NCBI GenBank assembly: GCA_964057225.1
Contig: OZ059898.1
Coordinates: forward strand, 9,672,001 to 9,736,000
Length of the DNA: 64,000 bases
Direction of reading: 5' to 3'
From: Auanema rhodensis
Taxonomy: Eukaryota; Animalia; Nematoda
Positions 11,260-25,092 of this stretch are shown piece after piece. Under the pieces are notes generated by a model. The model saw nothing but the letters and a program-made list of their open reading frames with translations. It did not search any database and was not told the DNA's origin. Each line of letters begins with the position of its first letter. Positions within the stretch are counted from its first letter, which is position 1. Made by a program: the position numbers and the translations under genes.

Positions 11260-14200
11260 TTCGAAAATGTTAGATTGTTTCCGAAAAATTATGAAAAGTC
11301 AAGTTCTACTGATTTGAAGAGAATTGTAAGTTTTAGAAAATAATTAAAAATTAGTTCTCTCTACTATTAACTGATTGTCGGCTAAAATATGGTAACAGTT
11401 TTTATCAAAAGTTTCCATGATTAAGATTAAACAAAGAAAAAAAATCAAAAAGAAACACTTCTTGTTTACTTACTTGATTATAATACTTGAAATTCCAAAA
11501 ACAGTAGAATAAAATAGAGAAAACGACAAAAACAGTTGAACGATTTGAAGACAATTGTAAGTTTTAGAAAATAATTAAAAATTAGTTCACTCTACTATTA
11601 ACTGATTGTCGGCTAAAATATGGTAACAGTTTTTATAAAAAGGTTTCATGATTAGGACTAAACAAAAAAAAGAATCAAAAAGAAACACTTCTTGTTTACT
11701 TACTTGATTATAATACTTGAAATTCAGAAAAAAGTAAAAAACAATTGAGAAAGCGACATAAACAGTTGAACGATTTGAAGAGAATTGTAAGTTTCAGAAA
11801 AGAATTAAAGTTCAGCTATCTCTACTTTTAACTGATTAACGGCTAAAATAAGGTAACAGTTTTTATTGAAAGTTTCCGTGATTGAGATTAAACAAAGAAA
11901 AAAAAATCAAAGAGAAACACTTCTTGTTTACTTATTTGATTATAACACTTGAAATTCCAACAAAAGTAAAGTGAAACTGTTAAAGCGAGTAAAACTGTTG
12001 AACGATTTGAAGACAATTGTAAGTTTTAGAAAATAATTAAAAATTAGTTCTCTCTACTATTAACTGATTGTCGGCTAAAATATGGTAACAGTTTTTATAA
12101 AAAGTTTCCATGATTAGGATTAAACAAAAAAAAGAATTAAAGAGAAACACTTTTTGTTTACTTATTTGATTATAATACTTGAAATTCCAAAAACAGTAGA
12201 ATAAAATTGAGAAAGCGACAAAAACAGTTGAACGATTTGAAGAGAATTGTATGTTTTAGAAAAGAATTAAAGTTCAGCTATCTCTACTATTAACTGATTA
12301 TCGGCTAAAATAAGGTAACAGTTTTTATTGAAAGTTTCCATGATTGAGATTAAACAAAGAAAAAAAAATCAAAGAGAAACACTTCTTGTTTACTTATTTG
12401 ATTATAATACTTGAAATTCCAAAAACAGTAAAATAAAACTGTTAAAGCGAGTAAAACTGTTGAACGATTTGAAGACAATTGTAAGTTTAAGAAAAGAATT
12501 AAAGTTTAGCTTTGTCTACTATTAACTGATTATCGGCTGAAATATGGTGACAGTTTTTTTTCAAAAGTTTCCATGATTAAGATTAAACAAAGAAAAAAAA
12601 TCAAAGAGAAACACTTCTTGTTTACTAATTTGATCATAACACTTGAAATGCCAACAAAAGTAAAGTAAAACTGTTAAAGCGAGTAAAACTGTTGAACAAT
12701 TTGAAGACAATTGTAAGTTGAAGAAAAAAATTAAAGATTAGCTCTCTCTACTATTAACTGAATGTCGGCTAAAATATGGTAACAGTTTTTATCAAAAGTT
12801 TCCATGATTAAGATTAAACAAAGAAAAAAAATCAAAAAGAAACACTTCTTGTTTACTTACTTGATTATAATACTTGAAATTCCAAAAACAGTAGAATAAA
12901 ATAGAGAAAACGACAAAAACAGTTGAACGATTTGAAGACAATTGTAAGTTTTAGAAAATAATTAAAAATTAGTTCTCTCTACTATTAACTGATTGTCGGC
13001 TAAAATATGGTAACAGTTTTTATAAAAAGGTTCCATGATTAGGATTAAACAAAAAAAAGAATTAAAGAGAAACACTTTTTGTTTACTTATTTGATTATAA
13101 TACTTGAAATTCCAAAAAAAGTAAAAAACAATTGAGAAAGCGACATAAACAGTTGAACGATTTGAAGAGAATTGTAAGTTTCAGAAAAGAATTAAAGTTC
13201 AGCTTTCTCTACTATTAACTGATTATCGGCTAAAATAAGGTAACAGTTTTTATTGAAAGTTTCCATGATTAAGATTAAACAAAGAAAAAAATCAAAGAGA
13301 AACACTTCTTGTTTACTTACTTGATTATAATACTTGAAATTTCAAAAACAGTAAAATAAAATTGAGAAAGCGACAAAAACAGTTGAACGATTTGAAGACA
13401 ATTGTAAGTTTAAGATAAGAATTAAAGTTTAGCTTTGTCTACTATTAACTGTTTATCGGCTGAAATATGGTGACAGTTTTTTTTTAAAAGTTTCCATGAT
13501 TAAGATTAAACAAAGAAAAAAAAATCAAAGAGAAACACTTCTTGTTTACTAATTTGATTATAACACTTGAAAATATAACAAAAGTAAAGTAAAACTGTTA
13601 AAGCGAGTAAAACTGTTGAACAATTTGAAGACAATTGTAAGTTGAAGAAAAAAATTAAAGTTTAGCTCTCTCTACTATTAACTGAATGTCGGCTAAAATA
13701 TGGTAACAGTTTTTATCAAAAGTTTCCATGATTAAGATTAAACAAAGAAAAAAAATCAAAAAGAAACACTTCTTGTTTACTTACTTGATTATAATACTTG
13801 AAATTCCAAAAACAGTAGAATAAAATAGAGAAAACGACAAAAACAGTTGAACGATTTGAAGACAATTGTAAGTTTTAGAAAATAATTAAAAATTAGTTCT
13901 CTCTACTATTAACTGATTGTCGGCTAAAATATGGTAACAGTTTTTATAAAAAGGTTCCATGATTAGGATTAAACAAAAAAAAGAATTAAAGAGAAACACT
14001 TTTTGTTTACTTATTTGATTATAATACTTGAAATTCCAAAAAAAGTAAAAAACAATTGAGAAAGCGACATAAACAGTTGAACGATTTGAAGAGAATTGTA
14101 AGTTTCAGAAAAGAATTAAAGTTCAGCTATCTTTACTTTTAACTGATTAACGGCTAAAATAAGGTAACAGTTTTTATTGAAAGTTTCCGTGATTGAGATT

Positions 14201-14595
14201 AAAGAAAGAAAAAAAAATCAAAGAGAAACACTTCTTGTTTACTTATTTGATTATAACACTTGAAATTCCAACAAAAGTAAAGTAAAACTGTTAAAGCGAG
14301 TAAAACTGTTGAACGATTTGAAGACAATTGTAAGTTGAAGAAAAAAATTAAAGTTCAGCTATCTCTACTTTCAACTGATTAACGGCTAAAATATAGTAAC
14401 AGTTTTCATTAAAAGTTTCCATGATTAAGATTAAACAAAGAAAAAAAATCAGAGAGAAACACTTCTTGTATACTAATTTGATTATAACACTTGAAAATCC
14501 AACAAAAGTAAAATAAAACTGTGAAAGCGGGTAAAACTGTTGAACTAAAACAGTCTTTATAAAATATAAATGATATATTTTTATAAAAGTGAAGT

Positions 14596-14641
14596 TGCAT
14601 CGGCGTGGCAGGCGAGCATTCTACCACTGAACCACCGATGC
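14596..14641 (-). pseudogene. tRNA-Gly(GCC) delta-25 copy
   Basis: Deletion junction tgcatcggcgtggc. Confidence 0.9.
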
Positions 14642-15438
14642 TTCGAAAATGTTAGATTGTTTCCGAAAAATTATGAAAAGTCAAGTTCTACTGATTTGAA
14701 GAGAATTGTAAGTTTTAGAAAATAATTAAAAATTAGTTCTCTCTACTATTAACTGATTGTCGGCTAAAATATGGTAACAGTTTTTATAAAAAGTTTCCAT
14801 GATTAGGATTAAACAAAGAAAAAAAAATCAAAGAGAAACACTTCTTGTTTACTTATTTGATTATAATACTTGAAATTCCAAAAACAGTAAAATAAAACTG
14901 TTAAAGCGAGTAAAACTGTTGAACGATTTGAAGACAATTGTAAGTTTAAGAAAAGAATTAAAGTTTAGCTCTCTCTACTATTAACTGATTATCGGCTAAA
15001 ATATAGTAACAGTTTTTATTAAAAGTTTCCATGATTAAGATTAAACAAAGAAAAAAAATCAAAGAGAAACACTTCTTGTTTACTTATTTGATTATAACAC
15101 TTGAAATTCCAAAAACAGTAAAATAAAATTGAGAAAGCGACAAAAACAGTTGAACGATTTGAAGACAATTGTAAGTTTAAGAAAAGAATTAAAGTTTAGC
15201 TTTGTCTACTATTAACTGATTATCGGCTGAAATATGGTGACAGTTTTTTTTTAAAAGTTTCCATGATTAAGATTAAACAAAGAAAAAAAAATCAAAGAGA
15301 AACACTTCTTGTTTACTAATTTGATTATAACACTTGAAAATCCAACAAAAGTAAAAAAAAACTGTGAAAGCGGGTAAAACTGTTGAACTATAACAGTCTT
15401 TATAAAATATAAATGATATTTTTTTATAAAAGTGAAGT

Positions 15439-15509
15439 TGCATCGGCCGGGAATCGAACCCGGGTCGCCCGCGTGGCAGGCGAGCATTCTACCACTGAAC
15501 CACCGATGC
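15439..15509 (-). tRNA. tRNA-Gly(GCC), intact
   Basis: Identical to the 71-nt consensus. Confidence 0.97.
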
Positions 15510-18500
15510 TTCGAAAATGTTAGATTGTTTCCGAAAAATTATGAAAAGTCAAGTTCTACTGATTTGAAGAGAATTGTAAGTTTTAGAAAATAATTAAAAA
15601 TTAGTTCTCTCTACTATTAACTGATTGTCGGCTAAAATATGGTAACAGTTTTAATAAAAAGTTTCCATGATTAGGATTAAACAAAAAAAAGAATTAAAGA
15701 GAAACACTTTTTGTTTACTTATTTGATTATAATACTTGAAATTCCAAAAACAGTAGAATAAAATTGAGAAAGCGACAAAAACAGTTGAACGATTTGAAGA
15801 GAATTGTAAGTTTTAGAAAAGAATTAAAGTTCAGCTATCTCTACTATTAACTGATTATCGGCTAAAATAAGGTAACAGTTTTTATTGAAAGTTTCCATGA
15901 TTGAGATTAAACAAAGAAAAAAATCAAAGAGAAACACTTCTTGTTTACTAATTTGATCATAACACTTGAAATGCCAACAAAAGTAAAGTAAAACTGTTAA
16001 AGCGAGTAAAACTGTTGAACGATTTGAAGACAATTGTAAGTTGAAGAAAAAAATTAAAGTTTAGCTCTCTCTACTATTAACTGATTATCGGCTAAAATAT
16101 AGTAACAGTTTTTATTAAAAGTTTCCATGATTAAGATTAAACAAAGAAAAAAATCAAAGAAAAACACTTCTTGTTTACTAATTTGATCATAACACTTGAA
16201 ATGCCAACAAAAGTAAAGTAAAACTGTTAAAGCGAGTAAAACTGTTGAACAATTTGAAGACAATTGTAAGTTGAAGAAAAAAATTAAAGTTTAGCTCTCT
16301 CTACTATTAACTGAATGTCGGCTAAAATATGGTAACAGTTTTTATCAAAAGTTTCCATGATTAAGATTAAACAAAGAAAAAAAATCAAAAAGAAACACTT
16401 CTTGTTTACTTACTTGATTATAATACTTGAAATTCCAAAAACAGTAAAATAAAATTGAGAAAGCGACAAAAACAGTTGAACGATTTGAAGACAATTGTAA
16501 GTTTAAGAAAAGAATTAAAGTTTAGCTTTGTCTACTATTAACTGATTATCGGCTGAAATATGGTGACAGTTTTTTTTTTAAAGTTTTCATGATTAGGATT
16601 AAACAAAAAAAAGAATCAAAAAGAAACACTTCTTGTTTACTTATTTGATTATAACACTTGAAATTCCAACAAAAGTAAAGTAAAACTGTTGAAGCGAGTA
16701 AAACTGTTGAACGATTTGAAGACAATTGTAAGTTGAAGAAAAAAATTAAAGTTTAGCTCTCTCTACTATTAACCGATTATCGGCTAAAATATAGTAACAG
16801 TTTTTATTAAAAGTTTCCATGATTAAGATTAAACAAAGAAAAAAAATCAAAGAAAAACACTTCTTGTTTACTAATTTGATCATAACACTTGAAATGCCAA
16901 CAAAAGTAAAGTAAAACTGTTAAAGCGAGTAAAACTGTTGAACAATTTGAAGACAATTGTAAGTTGAAGAAAAAAATTAAAGTTTAGCTCTCTCTACTAT
17001 TAACTGAATGTCGGCTAAAATATGGTAACAGTTTTAATAAAAAGTTTCCATGATTAGGATTAAACAAAAAAAAGAATTAAAGAGAAACACTTTTTGTTTA
17101 CTTATTTGATTATAATACTTGAAATTCCAAAAACAGTAAAATAAAATTGAGAAAGCGACAAAAACAGTTGAACGATTTGAAGACAATTGTAAGTTTAAGA
17201 AAAGAATTAAAGTTTAGCTTTGTCTACTATTAACTGATTATCGGCTGAAATATGGTGACAGTTTTTTTTTAAAAGTTTTCATGATTAGGATTAAACAAAA
17301 AAAAGAATCAAAAAGAAACACTTCTTGTTTACTAATTTGATCATAACACTTGAAATGCCAACAAAAGTAAAGTAAAACTGTTAAAGCGAGTAAAACTGTT
17401 GAACGATTTGAAGACAATTGTAAGTTGAAGAAAAAAATTAAAGTTTAGCTCTCTCTACTATTAACTGATTATCGGCTAAAATATAGTAACAGTTTTTATT
17501 AAAAGTTTCCATGATTAAGATTAAACAAAGAAAAAAAATCAAAGAAAAACACTTCTTGTTTACTAATTTGATCATAACACTTGAAATGCCAACAAAAGTG
17601 AAGTAAAACTGTTAAAGCGAGTAAAACTGTTGAACAATTTGAAGACAATTGTAAGTTGAAGAAAAAAATTAAAGTTTAGCTCTCTCTACTATTAACTGAA
17701 TGTCGGCTAAAATATGGTAACAGTTTTTATCAAAAGTTTCCATGATTAAGATTAAACAAAGAAAAAAAATCAAAAAGAAACACTTCTTGTTTACTTACTT
17801 GATTATAATACTTGAAATTCCAAAAACAGTAGAATAAAATAGAGAAAACGACAAGAACAGTTGAACGATTTGAAGACAATTGTAAGTTTTAGAAAATAAT
17901 TAAAAATTAGTTCTCTCTACTATTAACTGATTGTCGGCTAAAATATGGTAACAGTTTTTATAAAAAGGTTCCATGATTAGGACTAAACAAAAAAAAATCA
18001 AAAAGAAACACTTCTTGTTTACTTACTTGATTATAATACTTAAAATTCAAAAAAAAGTAAAAAACAATTGAGAAAGCGACATAAACAGTTGAACGATTTG
18101 AAGAGAATTGTAAGTTTCAGAAAAGAATTAAAGTTCAGCTATCTCTACTTTTAACTGATTACCGGCTAAAATAAGGTAACAGTTTTTATTGAAAGTTTCC
18201 GTGATTGAGATTAAACAAAGAAAAAAAAATCAAAGAGAAACACTTCTTGTTTACTTATTTGATTATAACACTTGAAATTCCAACAAAAGTAAAGTAAAAC
18301 TGTTAAAGCGAGTAAAACTGTTGAACGATTTGAAGACAATTGTAAGTTGAAGAAAAAAATTAAAGTTCAGCTATCTCTACTTTCAACTGATTAACGGCTA
18401 AAATATAGTAACAGTTTTTATTAAAAGTTTCCATGATTAAGATTAAACAAAGAAAAAAATCAAAGAGAAACACTTCTTGTATACTTACTTGATTATAATA

Positions 18501-18838
18501 CTTGAAATTTCAAAAACAGTAAAATAAAATTGAGAAAGCGACAAAAACAGTTGAACGATTTGAAGACAATTGTAAGTTTAAGATAAGAATTAAAGTTTAG
18601 CTTTGTCTACTATTAACTGTTTATCGGCTGAAATATGGTGACAGTTTTTTTTTAAAAGTTTCCATGATTAAGATTAAACAAAGAAAAAAAATCAAAGAGA
18701 AACACTTCTTGTTTACTAATTTGATTATAACACTTGAAAATATAACAAAAGTAAAAAAAAACTGTGAAAGCGGGTAAAACTGTTGAACTAAAACAGTCTT
18801 TATAAAATATAAATGATATATTTTTATAAAAGTGAAGT

Positions 18839-18884
18839 TGCATCGGCGTGGCAGGCGAGCATTCTACCACTGAACCACCGATGC
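18839..18884 (-). pseudogene. tRNA-Gly(GCC) delta-25 copy
   Basis: Deletion junction tgcatcggcgtggc. Confidence 0.9.
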
Positions 18885-20830
18885 TTCGAAAATGTTAGAT
18901 TGTTTCCGAAAAATTAGGAAAAGTCAAGTTCTACTGATTTGAAGAGAATTGTAAGTTTTAGAAAATAATTAAAAATTAGTTCTCTCTACTATTAACTGAT
19001 TGTCGGCTAAAATATGGTAACAGTTTTTATAAAAAGTTTCCATGATTAGGATTAAACAAAAAAAAGAATTAAAGAGAAACACTTTTTGTTTACTTATTTG
19101 ATTATAATACTTGAAATTCCAAAAACAGTAGAATAAAATTGAGAAAGCGACAAAAACAGTTGAACGATTTGAAGAGAATTGTATGTTTTAGAAAAGAATT
19201 AAAGTTCAGCTATCTCTACTATTAACTGATTATCGGCTAAAATAAGGTAACAGTTTTTATTGAAAGTTTCCATGATTGAGATTAAACAAAGAAAAAAAAA
19301 TCAAAGAGAAACACTTCTTGTTTACTTATTTGATTATAATACTTGAAATTCCAAAAACAGTAAAATAAAACTGTTAAAGCGAGTAAAACTGTTGAACGAT
19401 TTGAAGAGAATTGTAAGTTTTAGAAAATAATTAAAAATTAGTTCTCTCTACTATTAACTGATTGTCGGCTAAAATATGGTAACAGTTTTTATAAAAAGTT
19501 TCCATGATTAGGATTAAACAAAAAAAAGAATTAAAGAGAAACACTTTTTGTTTACTTATTTGATTATAATACTTGAAATTCCAAAAACAGTAGAATAAAA
19601 TTGAGAAAGCGACAAAAACAGTTGAACGATTTGAAGAGAATTGTCAGTTTTAGAAAAGAATTAAAGTTCAGCTATCTCTACTATTAACTGACTATCGGCT
19701 AAAATAAGGTAACAGTTTTTATTGAAAGTTTCCATGATTAAGATTAAACAAAAAAAAGAATCAAAAAGAAACACTTTTTGTTTACTTATTTGATTATAAT
19801 ACTTGAAATTCCAAAAACAGTAGAATAAAATTGAGAAAGCGACAAAAACAGTTGAACGATTTGAAGACAATTGTAAGTTTTAGAAAATAATTAAAAATTA
19901 GTTCTCTCTACTATTAACTGATTGTCGGCTAAAATATGGTAACAGTTTTTATAAAAAGTTTCCATGATTAGGATTAAACAAAAAAAAGAATCAAAAAGAA
20001 ACACTTCTTGTTTACTCATTTGATTATAACACTTGAAATTCCAACAAAAGTGAAGTAAAACTGTTAAAGCGAGTAAAACTGTTGAACGATTTGAAGACAA
20101 TTGTAAGTTGAAGAAAAAAATTAAAGTTTAGCTCTCTCTACTATTAACTGATTATCGGCTAAAATATAGTAACAGTTTTTATTAAAAGTTTCCATGATTA
20201 AGATTAAACAAAGAAAAAAAATCAAAGAAAAACACTTCTTGTTTACTAATTTGATCATAACACTTGAAATTCCAAAAACAGTAGAATAAAATAGAGAAAA
20301 CGACAAAAACAGTTGAACGATTTGAAGACAATTGTAAGTTTTAGAAAATAATTAAAAATTAGTTCTCTCTACTATTAACTGATTGTCGGCTAAAATATGG
20401 TAACAGTTTTTATAAAAAGGTTCCATGATTAGGACTAAACAAAAAAAAGAATTAAAGAGAAACACTTTTTGTTTACTTATTTGATTATAATACTTGAAAT
20501 TCCAACAAAAGTAAAGTAAAACTGTTGAAGCGAGTAAAACTGTTGAACGATTTGAAGACAATTGTAAGTTGAAGAAAAAAATTAAAGTTTAGCTCTCTCT
20601 ACTATTAACTGATTATCGGCTAAAATATAGTAACAGTTTTTATTAAAAGTTTCCATGATTAAGATTAAACAAAGAAAAAAAAATCAAAGAGAAACACTTC
20701 TTGTTTACTAATTTGATTATAACACTTGAAAATATAACAAAAGTAAAAAAAAACTGTGAAAGCGGGTAAAACTGTTGAACTAAAACAGTCTTTATAAAAT
20801 ATAAATGATATTTTTTTATAAAAGTGAAGT

Positions 20831-20901
20831 TGCATCGGCCGGGAATCGAACCCGGGTCGCCCGCGTGGCAGGCGAGCATTCTACCACTGAACCACCGATG
20901 C
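20831..20901 (-). tRNA. tRNA-Gly(GCC), intact
   Basis: Identical to the 71-nt consensus. Confidence 0.97.
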
Positions 20902-22390
20902 TTCGAAAATGTTAGATTGTTTCCGAAAAATTATGAAAAGTCAAGTTCTACTGATTTGAAGAGAATTGTAAGTTTTAGAAAATAATTAAAAATTAGTTCT
21001 CTCTACTATTAACTGATTGTCGGCTAAAATATGGTAACAGTTTTAATAAAAAGTTTCCATGATTAGGATTAAACAAAAAAAAGAATTAAAGAGAAACACT
21101 TTTTGTTTACTTATTTGATTATAATACTTGAAATTCCAAAAACAGTAGAATAAAATTGAGAAAGCGACAAAAACAGTTGAACGATTTGAAGAGAATTGTA
21201 TGTTTTAGAAAAGAATTAAAGTTCAGCTATCTCTACTATTAACTGATTATCGGCTAAAATAAGGTAACAGTTTTTATTGAAAGTTTCCATGATTGAGATT
21301 AAACAAAGAAAAAAAAATCAAAGAGAAACACTTCTTGTTTACTTATTTGATTATAATACTTGAAATTCCAAAAACAGTAAAATAAAACTGTTAAAGCGAG
21401 TAAAACTGTTGAACGATTTGAAGACAATTGTAAGTTTAAGAAAAGAATTAAAGTTTAGCTTTGTCTACTATGAACTGATTATCGGCTGAAATATGGTGAC
21501 AGTTTTTTTCTAAAAGTTTCCATGATTAAGATTAAACAAAGAAAAAAAAATCAAAGAGAAACACTTCTTGTTTACTAATTTGATCATAACACTTGAAATG
21601 CCAACAAAAGTAAAGTAAAACTGTTAAAGCGAGTAAAACTGTTGAACAATTTGAAGACAATTGTAAGTTGAAGAAAAAAATTAAAGTTTAGCTCTCTCTA
21701 CTATTAACTGAATGTCGGCTAAAATATGGTAACAGTTTTTATCAAAAGTTTCCATGATTAAGATTAAACAAAGAAAAAAAATCAAAAAGAAACACTTCTT
21801 GTTTACTTACTTGATTATAATACTTGAAATTCCAAAAACAGTAGAATAAAATAGAGAAAACGACAAAAACAGTTGAACGATTTGAAGACAATTGTAAGTT
21901 TTAGAAAATAATTAAAAATTAGTTCTCTCTACTATTAACTGATTGTCGGCTAAAATATGGTAACAGTTTTTATCAAAAGTTTCCATGATTAGGACTAAAC
22001 AAAAAAAAGAATTAAAGAGAAACACTTTTTGTTTACTTATTTGATTATAATACTTGAAATTCCAACAAAAGTAAAGTAAAACTGTTGAAGCGAGTAAAAC
22101 TGTTGAACGATTTGAAGACAATTGTAAGTTGAAGAAAAAAATTAAAGTTTAGCTCTCTCTACTATTAACTGATTATCGGCTAAAATATAGTAACAGTTTT
22201 TATTAAAAGTTTCCATGATTAAGATTAAACAAAGAAAAAAAAATCAAAGAGAAACACTTCTTGTTTACTAATTTGATTATAACACTTGAAAATATAACAA
22301 AAGTAAAAAAAAACTGTAAAAGCGGGTAAAACTGTTGAACTAAAACAGTCTTTATAAAATATAAATGATATTTTTTTATAAAAGTGAAGT

Positions 22391-22461
22391 TGCATCGGCC
22401 GGGAATCGAACCCGGGTCGCCCGCGTGGCAGGCGAGCATTCTACCACTGAACCACCGATGC
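22391..22461 (-). tRNA. tRNA-Gly(GCC), intact
   Basis: Identical to the 71-nt consensus. Confidence 0.97.
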
Positions 22462-24178
22462 TTCGAAAATGTTAGATTGTTTCCGAAAAATTATGAAAAG
22501 TCAAGTTCTACTGATTTGAAGAGAATTGTAAGTTTTAGAAAATAATTAAAAATTAGTTCTCTCTACTATTAACTGATTGTCGGCTAAAATATGGTAACAG
22601 TTTTAATAAAAAGTTTCCATGATTAGGATTAAACAAAAAAAAGAATTAAAGAGAAACACTTTTTGTTTACTTATTTGATTATAATACTTGAAATTCCAAA
22701 AACAGTAGAATAAAATTGAGAAAGCGACAAAAACAGTTGAACGATTTGAAGAGAATTGTATGTTTTAGAAAAGAATTAAAGTTCAGCTATCTCTACTATT
22801 AACTGATTATCGGCTAAAATAAGGTAACAGTTTTTATTGAAAGTTTCCATGATTGAGATTAAACAAAGAAAAAAAAATCAAAGAGAAACACTTCTTGTTT
22901 ACTTATTTGATTATAATACTTGAAATTCCAAAAACAGTAAAATAAAACTGTTAAAGCGAGTAAAACTGTTGAACGATTTGAAGACAATTGTAAGTTTAAG
23001 AAAAGAATTAAAGTTTAGCTTTGTCTACTATTAACTGATTATCGGCTGAAATATGGTGACAGTTTTTTTTTAAAAGTTTCCATGATTAAGATTAAACAAA
23101 GAAAAAAAATCAAAGAGAAACACTTCTTGTTTACTAATTTGATCATAACACTTGAAATGCCAACAAAAGTAAAGTAAAACTGTTAAAGCGAGTAAAACTG
23201 TTGAACAATTTGAAGACAATTGTAAGTTGAAGAAAAAAATTAAAGTTTAGCTCTCTCTACTATTAACTGAATGTCGGCTAAAATATGGTAACAGTTTTTA
23301 TCAAAAGTTTCCATGATTAAGATTAAACAAAGAAAAAAAATCAAAAAGAAACACTTCTTGTTTACTTACTTGATTATAATACTTGAAATTCCAAAAACAG
23401 TAGAATAAAATAGAGAAAACGACAAAAACAGTTGAACGATTTGAAGACAATTGTAAGTTTTAGAAAATAATTAAAAATTAGTTCTCTCTACTATTAACTG
23501 ATTGTCGGCTAAAATATGGTAACAGTTTTTATAAAAAGGTTCCATGATTAGGACTAAACAAAAAAAAATCAAAAAGAAACACTTCTTGTTTACTTACTTG
23601 ATTATAATACTTGAAATTCAAAAAAAAGTAAAAAACAATTGAGAAAGCGACATAAACAGTTGAACGATTTGAAGAGAATTGTAAGTTTCAGAAAAGAATT
23701 AAAGTTCAGCTATCTTTACTTTTAACTGATTAACGGCTAAAATAAGGTAACAGTTTTTATTGAAAGTTTCCGTGATTGAGATTAAACAAAGAAAAAAAAA
23801 TCAAAGAGAAACACTTCTTGTTTACTTATTTGATTATAACACTTGAAATTCCAACAAAAGTAAAGTAAAACTGTTAAAGCGAGTAAAACTGTTGAACGAT
23901 TTAAAGACAATTGTAAGTTGAAGAAAAAAATTAAAGTTCAGCTATCTCTACTTTCAACTGATTAACGGCTAAAATATAGTAACAGTTTTCATTAAAAGTT
24001 TCCATGATTAAGATTAAACAAAGAAAAAAAATCAGAGAGAAACACTTCTTGTATACTAATTTGATTATAACACTTGAAAATCCAACAAAAGTAAAATAAA
24101 ACTGTGAAAGCGGGTAAAACTGTTGAACTAAAACAGTCTTTATAAAATATAAATGATATATTTTTATAAAAGTGAAGT

Positions 24179-24224
24179 TGCATCGGCGTGGCAGGCGAGC
24201 ATTCTACCACTGAACCACCGATGC
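24179..24224 (-). pseudogene. tRNA-Gly(GCC) delta-25 copy
   Basis: Deletion junction tgcatcggcgtggc. Confidence 0.9.
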
Positions 24225-25021
24225 TTCGAAAATGTTAGATTGTTTCCGAAAAATTATGAAAAGTCAAGTTCTACTGATTTGAAGAGAATTGTAAGTTTTA
24301 GAAAATAATTAAAAATTAGTTCTCTCTACTATTAACTGATTGTCGGCTAAAATATGGTAACAGTTTTTATAAAAAGTTTCCATGATTAGGATTAAACAAA
24401 GAAAAAAAAATCAAAGAGAAACACTTCTTGTTTACTTATTTGATTATAATACTTGAAATTCCAAAAACAGTAAAATAAAACTGTTAAAGCGAGTAAAACT
24501 GTTGAACGATTTGAAGACAATTGTAAGTTTAAGAAAAGAATTAAAGTTTAGCTCTCTCTACTATTAACTGATTATCGGCTAAAATATAGTAACAGTTTTT
24601 ATTAAAAGTTTCCATGATTAAGATTAAACAAAGAAAAAAAATCAAAGAGAAACACTTCTTGTTTACTTATTTGATTATAACACTTGAAATTCCAAAAACA
24701 GTAAAATAAAATTGAGAAAGCGACAAAAACAGTTGAACGATTTGAAGACAATTGTAAGTTTAAGAAAAGAATTAAAGTTTAGCTTTGTCTACTATTAACT
24801 GATTATCGGCTGAAATATGGTGACAGTTTTTTTTTAAAAGTTTCCATGATTAAGATTAAACAAAGAAAAAAAAATCAAAGAGAAACACTTCTTGTTTACT
24901 AATTTGATTATAACACTTGAAAATCCAACAAAAGTAAAAAAAAACTGTGAAAGCGGGTAAAACTGTTGAACTATAACAGTCTTTATAAAATATAAATGAT
25001 ATTTTTTTATAAAAGTGAAGT

Positions 25022-25092
25022 TGCATCGGCCGGGAATCGAACCCGGGTCGCCCGCGTGGCAGGCGAGCATTCTACCACTGAACCACCGATGC
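25022..25092 (-). tRNA. tRNA-Gly(GCC), intact
   Basis: Identical to the 71-nt consensus. Confidence 0.97.
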
